From positions 85,872,001 to 85,936,000 of the forward strand of contig NC_086097.1 in NCBI RefSeq assembly GCF_963921235.1: a DNA stretch of 64,000 nucleotides. The letters are read 5' to 3'. Each line of letters starts with the position of its first letter. Position 1 is the stretch's first letter. Of the stretch, positions 1-12,612 are shown one piece after another. Origin of the DNA: Mobula hypostoma. Its lineage: Eukaryota. Made by a program: the position numbers and the translations under genes. Below the pieces are notes generated by a model. The model was not told the origin of the DNA, did no database searches, and was given only the letters and a program-made list of their open reading frames with translations.

Positions 1-288
1 ACATGTGAGACAGCAAGAGTATGTGGAAGAAATGTAGTAAGTCACCAAAGGTGCTTGGAACAACCTACCAGCTGATAGTCTTACACAAAAAAAATGACAC
101 AGTGCTTCTAAGAGTTGCAGTTTTAAAGGCAAAAGGTGATCACATCAAATATTGATTTGATTTAGATTTTTTGTTTACTATTTGTAATTTTTTTGATATC
201 TAGACACTTCTCAATTCCTTATTTTTCTAAGTATCTTTGCTTTTTACATAATGTTTTTACATGTGCCCAAGACTTTTGCACAGTACTA
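1..288 (+). mobile_element. Tc1-like DNA transposon, 3' end (decayed)
   Basis: Transposase C-terminus KAKGDHIKY-stop (126-155; Tc1 consensus AKGGxTKY) and TIR-like end GACTTTTGCACAGTACT. Confidence 0.7.
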
Positions 289-315
289 TAAATCACCCTA
301 ACAAAAGTTAGATTT

Positions 316-352
316 TATATATATATATACACACACACACATATACACATAC
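316..352. repeat. (TA)n(CA)n microsatellite
   Basis: tatatatatatacacacacacac seen directly. Confidence 0.9.
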
Positions 353-2543
353 AGAAACGTAGTATATGTGCCATTATCCAAATCCAAAAAATAGATATCA
401 TGTCATTTCATTTTTAGATTTTACTAACTTCTTGCTGTATGCAACAAATGATCAAGTGTGATTGGGAACATGTCCAACAAAGAATATTTTTTATTTTTAT
501 ACAGACTGCAAAAAGCAAAACTCATGAAACATTGCTTGGCAAATGCAAAACATGTGAATCCAATTTTTTTAAGAAGTTAGCATGAGCCATTCTGCTACAA
601 AACTATCTGCATTCCAAAAGCAGTCAGGACGAATCTCTGAGACTCTAAAAGAGGTACAGTATATAGTCTATTCAAGGAGCTGGTAAAGTGTTATTTTTTA
701 GACTGCTGTCTGGAAGCCTGTGCAGGCAAGAGATTTACAACATAGACTACTTATAAAGTGTAAGTGGCCACCAGGAACAGCAGAAACGAGCTTTACTTCT
801 TCTGCAACACATCATGCTTGAACACTTTTCTAATAGCTTATCATTTTAAATGACACACATTTTTATTGACCCGTCATGTTGCCACAGTTCACAGCACAAA
901 ATCACTCACCAGCAGGGACAAATCATCCCAAGTGTCTCGCCCATAATTTCTAGTTACTGTGTTAAGGATGTCATTTCCAGAAACTTGGATACAATTATCT
1001 ACCCAGGTTCTCCACAGACAGCATCTAAAGAGAGGAAAGATGTTAAGTAAGAAGGATTATTTAAAATATAAAAATGGATGGCCGTGGTCAATTGTGCAGA
1101 AACTACCTCAAAAAGCTTGACCATTTTTCTCATCATTTCTTTTTATCCTTATAAGCACTTTTCTTATCCATCCAAAATCACAGCAAATTAATTCAGTAGC
1201 CCAATGTTCTCTCTCTAGACTACAAAAATATTTTAGTTTTGTGCATATAACAATAGCTGAGTTTTTCATAGCAATAGTATAGAGGAAACCATCAATAAAA
1301 AAATAAATGGCATTATACCAAACGTACATTTAGCTAGTCACTTACTTTATGAGGCTAGGCTGTGTGACACCTGTACAGTGTCACTGTGACCATTTGCTTT
1401 TTCAAGAGAAAGATTCGTAATTATTCCAGAAGCAAAATATCACAGATTCTACAAATCTAAGATTTAAAAAATAAAAGAGCTCAAAATATTTAACAGGTTG
1501 TGCAGCATCTGTCGGGAGAGAAACATTTCAGGTAAATGAGATATTTCAGAGTTCCATCTGCCCCACTGTGTATTTCCAACTCTGAGTTCTTTACACACTT
1601 CAATGCTGAATAAGGGTACCAAGGGATCATGAGCAAAGACGGGAATGTGGAGTTAAGTTAGAGATCAGCCACAGGCCATGTAGATGAGTGCTCCTAAACA
1701 TACACTATACTGGTTTAGACTTCGGCATTTTCCATAATAGGTTATTGCCTGAACAAGTGGTGACAAAAAAAAACTTCTAGACCTTTTCATTTTGCACTGA
1801 TGAAGGATAAAGCCTGGTTGTTTGTCTGACAATAAAAGAATGTAAATTACTGTTGGAGGGTTTCATAATGTACACACAAGAGGAAGGCACATGACATGGA
1901 ATAAGCTCTTAGATCAGACACTGAAATTTTCAGTGGTTCAGTAACAGGCAGTGGGGCATTATCAGATTGATAGACAGCAGTGGCACAGCCAGATTTGTAC
2001 AACAAACACCGTAAAGCCAGGTTGCCATGTTCACTTACTGGATGGTATTCAAGCCGAAAATATGGTAAGAGAATCAGTGACTTTGCTTATAAAAACTATT
2101 CCGATCCAACTTCTGCAGCTATGTCTGTGACTTACTTAAACAGGATTATATGCTGAGAGAGATGTCTTAAAGTTACCAGCAGAGTTTGATATAGTGGGGC
2201 AGCAATAATAAGTTGACAAATAAAACATGGGCATAGCCAGTACACAACCATGCTGACCACCTCTCATCCGGTCCACCCTAGTGTGCTTTCCCTGCCTAAT
2301 TCAATTTCCCAATTTCAGTAGGAATATGCAATGACATCAACTGGTTTTAGGTTTTATGTCACCCAATTCTATGCCATGTGTTAAGCCTGCAGATAGTGCT
2401 GTGAAGAGGCATCAAAATATCTCCAAATATTTACAGGTGCTAATTGATTTTATTCTGCAGTTAATCAGCAGGAGCCTGACTTAGATATAGCTATTGCATA
2501 ATATTTACAGCTTTTCCTAGTTTAACAAATAAAATGGAACATA

Positions 2544-3075
2544 CACTCAGTGGTCACTTTATTAGGTACACTCGCTCATCGATGCAAACATCTAATTAGG
2601 CAATTATATGGCAGCAACTCAATGTATAAAAGCATTAGGCACAGTCAACAGGTCCAGTTGTTCAGACCAAGCATTATAATGGTGAAGAAATGTGATCCAA
2701 GTGACTTTAGCTGTGGAATGATTTTTGGTGTCAGAGTGATTTAAGTATATCAGACACTGCTGATCTCCTGGGATTTTCATGCACAACAGTGCTGAAGTTT
2801 ACAGAGAATGGTGAGAAAAGCAAAAAAGAAACCATCTAGTGGGCAGCAGTTTCATGGGTGAAAACACTTTGTTAATGAGAGAGGTCAGAGGAGAATGGCC
2901 GAACTGGTTCAAGCTGACAGTAATTCAAGTAACCTTATGTTACTCCAGAGGTGTACAGAGAGCACCTGAGTACAACGCATCAAACTTTGAAGTGGATAGG
3001 CTACTGCAGCAGAAGGCCACACCAGGTTCCTCTCCTGTGACCACTTATTAGTTACACTCCTAATAGACACTGACT
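2544..3075 (+). mobile_element. Tc1-like non-autonomous/decayed element
   Basis: Starts TA+CACTCAGTGGTCACTTTATTAGGTACA; frameshifted Tc1 N-terminal remnants (KKCDPSDFSCGMI, DTADLLGFSCTTV, ERGQRRMAELVQAD). Confidence 0.7.
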
Positions 3076-3807
3076 ATCTACTGTGCAAACTAAATCAGCA
3101 AAATTTTGTAATGTTGCAACATGCTTGCTTGTTGCCAATCCACCATCTCCCTTGTTCATTACACATCCGATATGTCACCACTAACTTACCACTACCTTTG
3201 TGAACTCCAAGAATCTATGAGACATTTGACACTGGCTAACCATCGTTGTAAAACTGTGCTTGTGTTAGAGAATCAATGTCAGCTTCTTTCCTGAAGATAG
3301 AGGCCTTTACTCTCATTCAAAAGCAGAGATTTTACTGTTATGTTACTAGGAGCCAGGAATTAAATATAAAATCCATGATCTTTTAAAGACTGTCAGAAGA
3401 TGACTACAAGTCATTGGATCATCACTACTCCCAATCACAGGTTTGGAAACTAGAGTTGGAAATGTGACTAACCTAAATAATGTTCTCTGGGTTCAGCATG
3501 GACACAAAAGAGGCCTCCTTCAACTCATATATTTCTAAGATGCCTTGAACTAACAGAGTCTTGGAAAACATGCTTCAGAGCACTGCAACAGTTTCAGAGT
3601 TCTTTATTGAGAAACATAAAATTACATCATTAATCACGTCATTAAATAAACACTTTAAAAGTCAAATTATTCACACAATTTCCTTTTCAGAAATATTCAT
3701 TAGCTAGCTGTGAAATGATGTATGGCAGCATCTCAAACTGCAGGGTATTGTAGAATATACAGAAGAAACTTTAAGCAACAGATGGTTGCTTAAAGTTAAA
3801 GGGAGAT

Positions 3808-4015
3808 AAAAACAGAAACTGCTAGAAGCACTTAGCAGTCAGGTAGCATCAGTGGAGAGAGAAACAGAGGTCATTGGACTTTTGTCAGAATGCTTCTGCA
3901 ACTTGACACTTGCATTGTCCTTCACACCCCCCCCCCCCCACAGGTAGTGCCCAACCTGCTCAACACTTCTAGCATTTCCTATTTTCATCTCAGATTTCCA
4001 GCACTTCCAGTTTTT
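3808..4015. mobile_element. Inverted pair of Penelope-derived short repeat fragments
   Basis: Left arm AGAAACTGCTAGAAGCACTTAGCAGTCAGGTAGCATC is approximately the reverse complement of the right arm CAACCTGCTCAACACTTCTAGCATTTCC; related motif recurs throughout the window. Confidence 0.5.
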
Positions 4016-4155
4016 TGATTTTAATAAATCTTTGATCTGATATAAAGCACCATTTTTAAATGAATACTAAATGGGCAGGTATCATTCCAAGTTCCAATGG
4101 TATTAGTTGCTCTCAACTTTAATCCTCTTATCCTGCAATGCTTAAAAATATTAGC

Positions 4156-4191
4156 TTTATTTTGTACATCTTTCAATGATCCAGTTTTATT
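4156..4191 (-). terminator. Candidate MED6 polyadenylation signals (AATAAA at 4186-4191 and 4156-4161; a more distal one at 3603-3608)
   Basis: TTTATT on + strand 235-270 nt downstream of the stop codon; usage not demonstrated. Confidence 0.55.
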
Positions 4192-4426
4192 TCAATCTCA
4201 ACAAGAAAGTAATGTACAAAGCAACAAGCAGGGGTGTTAATTTGGAAATAGAAGAGAACTTAAAAACTGCAAGGATTAATATTCTCTCAGAGAACATATT
4301 TTGTGTTTGCAGTATGGAAACAAACAAGAAATAATTGCTCTGTGTGAAATGAAAACACAAGAGTTCAGCAACCCAAGAACAGAGCCCGAGGGCTGTTGAC
4401 TCAGTGAGAGGAATTCAACCATCTCT

Positions 4427-4557
4427 TCACTGCAACCTCATCCTTTTCTCAGGAGGAGCTTTGGCTGATGAACTTTGCTGAGAGTTCTTTGTAGAGTCTT
4501 TTTCCTCCTGTTTGATTGTTTCAGTTGTTGGCTCTGATTCCTTTTTCACATGCTCCA
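4427..4557 (-). CDS. MED6: MED6 coding exon 8 ([47 protein letters not shown])
   Basis: Ends in the MED6 C-terminal motif PPEKRMRLQ then TGA (4427-4429); total CDS 741 nt = 246 aa. Confidence 0.95.
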
Positions 4558-4650
4558 CTGAAAGGCAAAAACATTAATATTAAAAAGTCAATCAATATAG
4601 TCATCTAAAAGCCCAAACTACTAAGTTGATTTACCAAAAAAAAAACTCAC

Positions 4651-4678
4651 CTGGTACAGGCTTGTCTCCAGATTTTGG
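4651..4678 (-). CDS. MED6: MED6 coding exon 7, 28-nt microexon (PKSGDKPVP)
   Basis: TTTTCAG|CCAAAATCTGGAGACAAGCCTGTACCAG|GTGAGT; resembles the MED6 segment KPGEKPVPV; required to keep the frame. Confidence 0.9.
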
Positions 4679-5559
4679 CTGAAAATGAAAACAATAACAA
4701 TCAATAATTTAAAAAAATAAGCATTTGGATTATAATACAAGATCATGGAAATTCTCACATTGTTTAATAGCTGCATCCTGTTCACTGTAATGAGATCAGC
4801 ACTTAAATGAGAGGGCAATACTCTATTGTACTCAGTTTTTTTTTAAAAATGGGATGAGATAGGATCTGGAAGCTGAGTAATAAGTTAAAAGGAGAGAATG
4901 AGCTAACAAAGGAACAAGCTGTTATTTTCAGAACCGGCTGGGAAATATTACTTCCTGTTTGGCACTCCCTTGGATCTGAGGATGACTTTCTTCCACTCTT
5001 GTTCTGTGGGTTCTCAGGGGGTTGAGTGGGCTATAGGGGGATTCCCAGAGCTCAGAGCAGTGTCTGTTTCATGGGTCACATGCTGAGCATGCGAATGACA
5101 TAGCCTATCCATCAGCACCGACTTAGTGTAACTAGAGCCTCAGTGCCAGGAATGTTGGTCTGGTAGAGGAAAGCAAGGTTGATCACTGATCTCATCAGTG
5201 AATGGGAAGGGCTGCAGAAAGCATTGGTGGCTTACAGATCTTTGCAATATCTGCTACAGGTTTGCATACAGGAGGGCAGAAATCATCATTAAGTTTGCAG
5301 TCTTAATCTTCAAACGCTGCTTCAGATATCATAGGGTTGTACTGGAGTACTGAAGGTGATGGTGAACTTGATCAACGATATACTTGTTCTGAGAAGTATC
5401 ACTGGAGTTATGAAAAGTGATTTATATTTTCCAAGTTCTCAATATACACCGCTATGGTCAGATAGCAATAACTACAAGGCAATAAGAGGCCAAATTCTCT
5501 TGCATTCTTCAGTGAGCAAGTTAACAATAACCTAGAGCTCAGCACGCATTGGTACAAAA

Positions 5560-5737
5560 GGGCACCATGGTAGTCTAGGGGTTAGCGCGACGCTATTACA
5601 GTTCAGAGTTCAAATCTGGCAGTGCCTGTACGGAGTTTATACATCCTCCCCGTGAATGTGTGGGTTTCCTCTGGGTGTTCCTGTTTCCTCCCACATTCCG
5701 AAGATGTGCCAGTTAATAGATTAATTGGTTATTGTAA
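5560..5737 (+). mobile_element. tRNA-derived V-SINE (HE1-like), truncated
   Basis: tRNA-like head GGTAGTCTAGGGGTTAGCGC...GAGTTCAAATC, then V-domain-like TGTGTGGGTTTCCTCTGGGTGTTCCTGTTTCCTCCCACATTCCGAAGA. Confidence 0.7.
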
Positions 5738-6574
5738 TGCGGAAGGTGAGCACCAGCTGCCTGCCTTTTGATCGTTGGTGGGATTGCTCTGCAACCAGAG
5801 AGGGAGACTGCCTATTGATCGCTGTGCTGCCGGAGAAGGGAGAGCCTGCCGCTATGTCTGGAGAATGTTATCCAAGTTTTCCGCTTTTAGGATATGGATC
5901 TGGACAATGGACTTTTTTTCTGCAGTCTTATAGCTTCCTTATATTGTGTTTTTTTGCGTGGAGGGGGATTTGGGGGTTGATGATCGTGCTGCCATTCTTT
6001 TCTTTCTTGGTTTCATGGCTATCGGGAGAAGAAGAATTTCAGAGTTTGGTGATAAATGAACCTTTGAACCTAATGCTTCCAAGGCAACCAATAGTTGGTC
6101 TATATTATCTTTTCAACTGAAGTAAGATTTTGTGGATAAGGCGACAAGAATGGACAAACTTATTTCATGTTTGCAGCAAACCTTAGCAATTTTACCTTTA
6201 AAGATGGATTCAAACGCTAATACATTGCATAAACAAAACCATTTAATTCTACTCTTTGGGTAGTTTGGTGGGCAATATTCAACCATTTTTCTTAATATCC
6301 CCTTTTTCTGAACAACAAGCCCCTTTGAGCTCAGTTCCCATTAAACCTGAACTTGCCATAGCCTCCTCATGCCACTAGGTTCAGCCAGATGGTTTTAGTA
6401 TTAAAATGAGCCTCAGAAAATGGTGCAAACCCTGGGCTCCTCAAACAACATTGAAAGCCATCTGGTCTCCCTAGATACTGTAAAATTAAGAGAACGTTTC
6501 ATGGTTAGTCACACTGCTCTTCTATATTCATTCATTTACTAACAAAAGCGTGAACCTGAATGTTGCAGACAGAC

Positions 6575-6690
6575 CTGAATATACTTGGGCTGGAATTTCT
6601 GTCGGATATCTAGAAGTAACATGTCTACTCTCTGGCGCTGAAATATTGAACTAGGCTCTTCTTTCTTCTTTGATTTTGGTTTTACTTTAT
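6575..6690 (-). CDS. MED6: MED6 coding exon 6 ([39 protein letters not shown])
   Basis: MED6 motif [18 protein letters not shown]; pyrimidine tract plus CAG acceptor, GTCTGT donor; 116 nt. Confidence 0.95.
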
Positions 6691-7169
6691 CTGGATGGAA
6701 GAAGAAGAAACAGACAAAAAAAATCTGTTACCCTCAAGACAGACAATCACCATTTTAAATAGGTTTGTTAATCAATGTATTTAACATTGCTAAGCTATTG
6801 TTTGGCCAACCACACCAGTACATTTCAGAGGCCCAGCTTTCTAAAGAGTTTTTGCAAAGTATGGCACTACATTTCAAAAGTAATGCTGGAGGGTGGGGTA
6901 GCCAGGACACCCAGCATAAGTCAGTACTTTTTGACAAGTTTCTAATTTGAAAACTTATTGGCAAAGGTGAGGCATAAAAGGGCAACTCAGCGAAGTGGAC
7001 TGCACATCCCGTGCTAGGAGGGTAGCTATGATTGTACAGTGACCTACAGAGGAAGTACTTCCAGCTGCAGTTTTGGTGTTGGAGAATGGCTGGAGTCACT
7101 GTGGTACATCCACAAGGCTGAGGACTTTGTGGAAAGCACAGTCAGAGGAGTCACACTGCAGCTTACCAG

Positions 7170-8640
7170 TGTGCGAGCAGAGGGAATGAGTGACGGCAAG
7201 GAAAACTAGGAAGAGCCGCAAGTCCAATTTGGTTTCGGATACTGAAGAGGATAATGGTTCCTCGAGGGAGTGCAGTGGCACCCAGGAGCATGAAAGGGAG
7301 GAAGAAATGTGAGAACAATGGTGGCAGTGGATTCATCAGTTTAATGAGCACATGGGTGTTTCTTGTCTGCAGATGCAATTCCAGCTTGGTTCTCAGGATG
7401 TCTCCTGGGTTATGGATATCTCCAGAGCATCCTGAAGTGGGAAGAGTGGAGAATCAGAAGCTGGTAACAAAACTATAGATACAAGGGTCCTGTAAGCAAA
7501 TGTTAAAGGATCTTATAAGTAAGTTAAAAAGCAGAACCGCACAGGTAGCAATCTCAGGATTATTCTCAGTGCCACCTACAGAAAGAGGAGAGTAACAAAG
7601 GTGAATGCATGGCTACTGAGTTGCACAAGAGGGAGGGATTTAGATTTCTCAGACATTATCTCCATTTCTGGAGCAGGTGAAGTAAAAGTTAGGCGGGTTA
7701 CATCTCAACAGAACAAACACCAATATGCTCAAAAGAGGGTTTGCTGGTGTTTTCTGGAGGATTTAAATTAGTTTGGCAGGGGCACAAGATGCTGGAGAAG
7801 CTCAACAGGTCAGGCAGTGACAGTAGAAGGAAATGACTGGTTAACATTTTGGGTTAAGACCCGTCACCTGGATTGGAATAGTAACAAGAGTCAGGAAGGA
7901 GAGCAATAGTGTTAAAGCTAGAAACACTGTCAGCATGTAGTCAGAAGAAGCAACCATAAACAGGGCCAGAGTGCGGGGAAAATATTAAAAAGGCAAACTT
8001 AAAGACTCTACAGCTAAATGCCTGTCACATCCACAGCAAGATGAATGAATGACATCAGTAACTGTAAATGGGTATGATCTAAGTGCCATCACAGAAAAGT
8101 GGCTGCATGCTGACCAAAACTAGAAAACTAAATATTCCACAGTATTCAAAGCTTAGGAAAAACAGACTAAAAGAATAGGAAGCACAACAGCAATGTTAAT
8201 AAGGATGACATCAATTCAGTAGTTAGAAAGGATTGTGGCTCAGCCGTTTGTGGTGCAGGAAACTGGTACAGAATAGTCTAGGTGGAGTTATGCAACAACA
8301 GGCTATCAAAAATATTAGTGGCAGTTACCCTACCATCATCACCCACAACCCCAACCCCTCCGGAGAAGGAATTAGAATTCAGGGCATAGCATAAATGGGA
8401 AAATTGGCAGTATACTGGGTAATAAGGTAACTGTGGGGGACCTTAATATACATGCAGATGAGGCAAATCAAATCTGTAATAACACAGGAGATTAAATACT
8501 GCAAATGTATACAAGAATGTTGAAAAATAAACAAGGAAACATTATTTAGATCTACTTCTGTGCAACAGGAGAGTTAAACAATAAGCTTGCTGTAAAGAGG
8601 CCCTTGGGAAATATAAAAGAACTTTACAAGATCAAAAATG
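7170..8640 (+). mobile_element. Old CR1 LINE fragment (ORF1 esterase end and ORF2 endonuclease start), decayed
   Basis: Degenerate similarity to the CR1 at 37.2-38.5 kb (GTAGCAATCTCAGGATTATT; LNA..AITEKWL; GDLNIH). Confidence 0.6.
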
Positions 8641-9217
8641 TGGTTTAATCTGAATCCGGAGTTTCCCATCGAACCACAGAGGCAAAGGAATGCAAACAGA
8701 AAATGCCAGAAACACTTAGCAGGCCAGGCAACATCCCTGGAAGGAGGAATTAACGATTTCTGGAACATAGTTTGCCAAGCAGGGTAAGGAATACACTCAA
8801 TGTTCATTGCATGGAAGACCGCAGTGCAACTCATTAAGTCCATATTGATTCCAAGTAAAAACAGTCCAGTTAATCTCATTCCACTGCACTCTTCCCAAAC
8901 ACTTCAATGTTTTTGGTTTTCTTTTCAGCTCCTTTTTTGAATGGCAATTGAATCACCCTTCTCTATTATCCCGTCATGAATTCCAACACTCTTCAGCATA
9001 AAAGAATTTTCCTTGATGCCACTTTAGATTTGTTTGCCAATTATCAATATTTCATATTTCCTGATCTTTGATTCTTCTGCCAATGGGAACAATTTCTCCT
9101 GAAAAAACTGCCTGTAACCTTCAAGATTTTAAATACCTCTTTGCTCTTACACCAGCAGGTGGCACGCTAATAACAGTTTTAAAAAATGGTCAATGTTAGG
9201 AGTACATAAAAACTTAC

Positions 9218-9326
9218 CCCTCTCTTCTTGATCCTTGAAATGCCACCAGTATCCTTTAGAGGGATGGTATCGGCAGTAAGACATTGCTTCATCAAATGCA
9301 GACTGAACAGCATGCACTGCTGTCAG
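9218..9326 (-). CDS. MED6: MED6 coding exon 5 ([36 protein letters not shown])
   Basis: MED6 motif [25 protein letters not shown] acceptor, GTAAGT donor; 109 nt. Confidence 0.96.
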
Positions 9327-9908
9327 CTTTTTTTTTTGAAGAAAATAAAACAGAAAAAAAATGATAGTTGTCATGCCTTCAGTAATGGTCTTTTCTTGAT
9401 ATAAAAATACTGCTGACTTGAAAGGGGATACACAGGATATTACACTGAAATTACCGTACTAGATCTATAATGGAGAATATTTAAATTATATTACAGTAGC
9501 TTGCATTAAAAAAAAATGGATATCACTTATACATAACAGCTACACACAGGCTGTGTAGATCTCAATACTTTCATTAGTGGGTTTGTATGATTCATAAAAG
9601 CAGGCCTGGTTTGTTTTTGAAGTGTAAACTTATGACTGCTTTCAGCAAAATTGTTGCTTCTCCTATTACACAGTTAAATAGATTTTTTCCCTTTTCTGAA
9701 ATATAAATGGGAAGGACAAGAACTGTGATATCCAGCCATACAGAGCACTTCACAACTGTTGCTGTTATGAGACACCAAAGGAGGAAATGCGAGAGAAAAA
9801 GCAGCATTTTGGTTTTCTTCTCCGAAAGATAAATGGCAAATTGCCCTAGAGGGATCATGACTATTGAATATTGAATTGGAATACCAACCACAAAGAAAAA
9901 TAACCTAC

Positions 9909-9991
9909 CATTCTGGAGTTTATTACAGATCCCAAATCAGGAGCTTGATACACCACTCCAGCAATTATATAATAGTCAGCTAAAGGAGTAG
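9909..9991 (-). CDS. MED6: MED6 coding exon 4 ([28 protein letters not shown])
   Basis: MED6 motif [25 protein letters not shown] acceptor, GTAGGT donor; 83 nt. Confidence 0.96.
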
Positions 9992-11031
9992 CTAGAAGTG
10001 ATAAAAAATAAAGATCAGAAGTTAATTTCTTATACTACAGTAAATTTCATAATTGGTACAAAAATAAATAACCTTAACAGCAATTCCTATCATGAAATAA
10101 TGCTGCTTAAAATCCTAGCTTTCAGCATAAGCAGCCTGACATCATAAAAGTCACAGGTACGATTTCATGGACTAGTTTACTAGGGAATAACAGAAGAAAA
10201 ACAGATTCATGCACAGGACCCAAGTAATTTGTAGTCTATTTTCTTCCCAAACTATTCACTACCAGAATAAAAAAGATAGACAAGTTTATTTGGCTTCATA
10301 TAGTACAACAGCACAAACCTCACAATCAATTGAAGTGCTGTAACTACTTACACTAAAAAATGTGAGCTTTCTTCAACAAAACAAATCCCAGCAACAACAA
10401 GGTGTGCGCGCACTTTTGTTATTTCTACAGGGAAATAGAGTTCCACTATTAACATTGTGTCATCTTTACCATCCATCTAAACACTATCCAAACTAAAATC
10501 AAGGCTTCTGTTTAAATCCAAAGCTTCTGAACAGTTTCTGCCAATATACAGCTCTCATGATATATTAAGCTTGAAAAATCAATCTTCAATATAGACTCAA
10601 ACTCTATCAGAGGATCATATTCATAATGACTCAAAGCAAGGATACTCAAGATGCACACAAGATGGTTATTTTATATAATTCAACTTTCTATGATATTTTG
10701 AATGCCAGTGCATATCGATGAAGAGGCTCAGATTCCTCTTGGTCCACAAACAGCAATCTTTGCTGCGTATTAATGCACCACACTGATTCCAATATACCTA
10801 TTAATAGAAGGAAAACAAATAGGAATTGCTTATCCAAAATGAACAAAACTTTTAAAATATTCTCTCATTGCAGAGCAAGAATGCAGTCTGCACAGAGCGA
10901 AGAATGAAGACTGAATTTGAGAGAGAAACAGAGGGGTGATAGAAGAGCAAATGGAGGGGGGGAAACAACACCACCATCTTCTAATGACTATTTACATGCA
11001 GCGGCATCTGTCACTCAGCATGTCAGCATGT

Positions 11032-11292
11032 GTGGCACGGTAGCATAGTGGTTAGCATAACGCTTTACAGCACCAGCAATTAGGGTTCAATCCCCACTGC
11101 TGTCCATATGGTTTCCCTGTGACTGCGTGGGTTTCCTCCCATATTCCAAAGATGTACGAGTTAGGGTGAGTAACTTGTGGGCACGCAATGTTGGTGCCGG
11201 AAGCATGGCAATACTTGCGGGCTGCCCCCAGCACATCTTGGTTTCTGTTTGTTGTTGACACAAGTGACGCATTTCACTGTACGTTTTGATGT
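11032..11292 (+). mobile_element. tRNA-derived V-SINE
   Basis: A/B-box-like head GGTAGCATAGTGGTTAGC...GGGTTCAATCCC; V-domain remnant GACTGCGTGGGTTTCCTCCCATATTCCAAAGA. Confidence 0.75.
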
Positions 11293-11344
11293 CTTATCTT
11301 TACTACTGTACCTTTATCTTAGACCTACACTTTGTTTAGAATTA

Positions 11345-11436
11345 CAGGTTGGGTATCGCTTATCCAAAATCTGAAAACCTCTGAAATCTGAATTTTTTTT
11401 GAGCACTGACATCATATCACAAATGGAAAATTTCCC
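11345..11436. mobile_element. Tigger4/MER46-like DNA transposon terminal fragment
   Basis: TA+CAGGTTGGGTATCGCTTATCCAAAATCTGAAA...GAGCACTGACATCATATCACAAATGGAAAATTTCC resembles the Tigger4 (Zombi) terminus as I recall it. Confidence 0.55.
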
Positions 11437-11515
11437 AAGCTGCTGGGAAGAAGACCACAAAAACATTGCAAAGCTATTTTGTTATGACTGCCTTAATGAT
11501 ATTGAAACTTCTTAC

Positions 11516-11607
11516 CTTGTGTTGGAGAATGTCTATGTTGCTTTCGAATAATATACAATATAGGTTCCTGAGCATGAAGTAAAATGTATTCCAGACCGGT
11601 CATGTTA
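11516..11607 (-). CDS. MED6: MED6 coding exon 3 ([31 protein letters not shown])
   Basis: Manual translation gives the MED6 motif [12 protein letters not shown](F/Y)IIRKQ; TTACAG acceptor, GTAAG donor; 92 nt; phases consistent. Confidence 0.96.
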
Positions 11608-12494
11608 CTGTAACACAACAAAAACAAGACTCACATTATTATTTCACCAGGTTACTACACTACCAGCAATCAAGCTGTTTTACACAATCACAAGAGTTCT
11701 AACTAAAGGGAAGGTTTGAATGTGAGCTCCTTGGGCAGGTTAAACTAATTTTAAGCTATTAAATAATTTCTGCACCACCCTCCATTCTGCAGAATTTGAG
11801 ACTTAACCATAATGTAATCCATGTACTCAAAGAGATTGCTATCCTAGTGACCATCAAATCCACACAAGGGTCAAAGATAGAGGATAAATAACAGAATTAC
11901 ACAACTTTTATCTGTAATCACATATACCACAGATAACTGGATTATCTCCCACTTTTGGATGATACAAACACTAACAATGCTGTTATAGTGTTAAAAAATG
12001 AAGCAATTTTCTCATTAAGTTTATCTAATGGGTCCATTAACAGGAGCCACAGTAAAACGATGGGATGAAATCAATCATTACCAGCTGCTTCCTGAGAGCC
12101 AGAGGCAATTTAGATCACAATTTAGCTAATGTTTCTAGCTCTGGGCAAGGAAGCCACATTTGTGGCTTTGAAAGGCTGCTTTATAGGTGTGAACTGCGAA
12201 ACTTCAAATTTCTTCAATATTTTTTCATCTAAATTGAACTACCTGCAGGGACATATCCCTATTATTGCATATGGATGAAAAATTATTTAATAAGTCAAAA
12301 TATAAAGCAAAAGTCAAAAATATTTCATTCAATTATAAACATCTTACCCAGCAGACATTTTAAGCTTCATTTAAAAAAAATGACCCTCAACAGAATTATT
12401 ATTGCAACATACAAAATATGGCACAGAACATCATTTATCTACCTTTATTGTTTAAATTTGTTACTTTATAACCAAACTTCAATCTAAAACTAGA

Positions 12495-12612
12495 GAAAAT
12501 ATGCAGATTCTGGAAATCCAAGCAACACACACAAAATGCTGGAGGAACTCAGCAGGCTAGGCAGCATCTATGGAAAAGAATCAGTTGACATTTTGGGCTG
12601 AAACCCTTCAAT
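12495..12612 (-). mobile_element. Penelope-derived short repeat with degenerate hammerhead
   Basis: CAACACACACAAAATGCTGGAGGAACTCAGCAGG...GGGCTGAAACCCTTCA; same family as 36910, 53470 and 63650. Confidence 0.7.

Noticed and set aside
490..720. Possible + strand terminal exon after TTTTTATACAG
   Set aside because: Translations are short and unrecognisable, with no supporting upstream exon.
11032..11105. tRNA gene
   Set aside because: No complete cloverleaf; it continues into a V-SINE body, so it is a SINE head.
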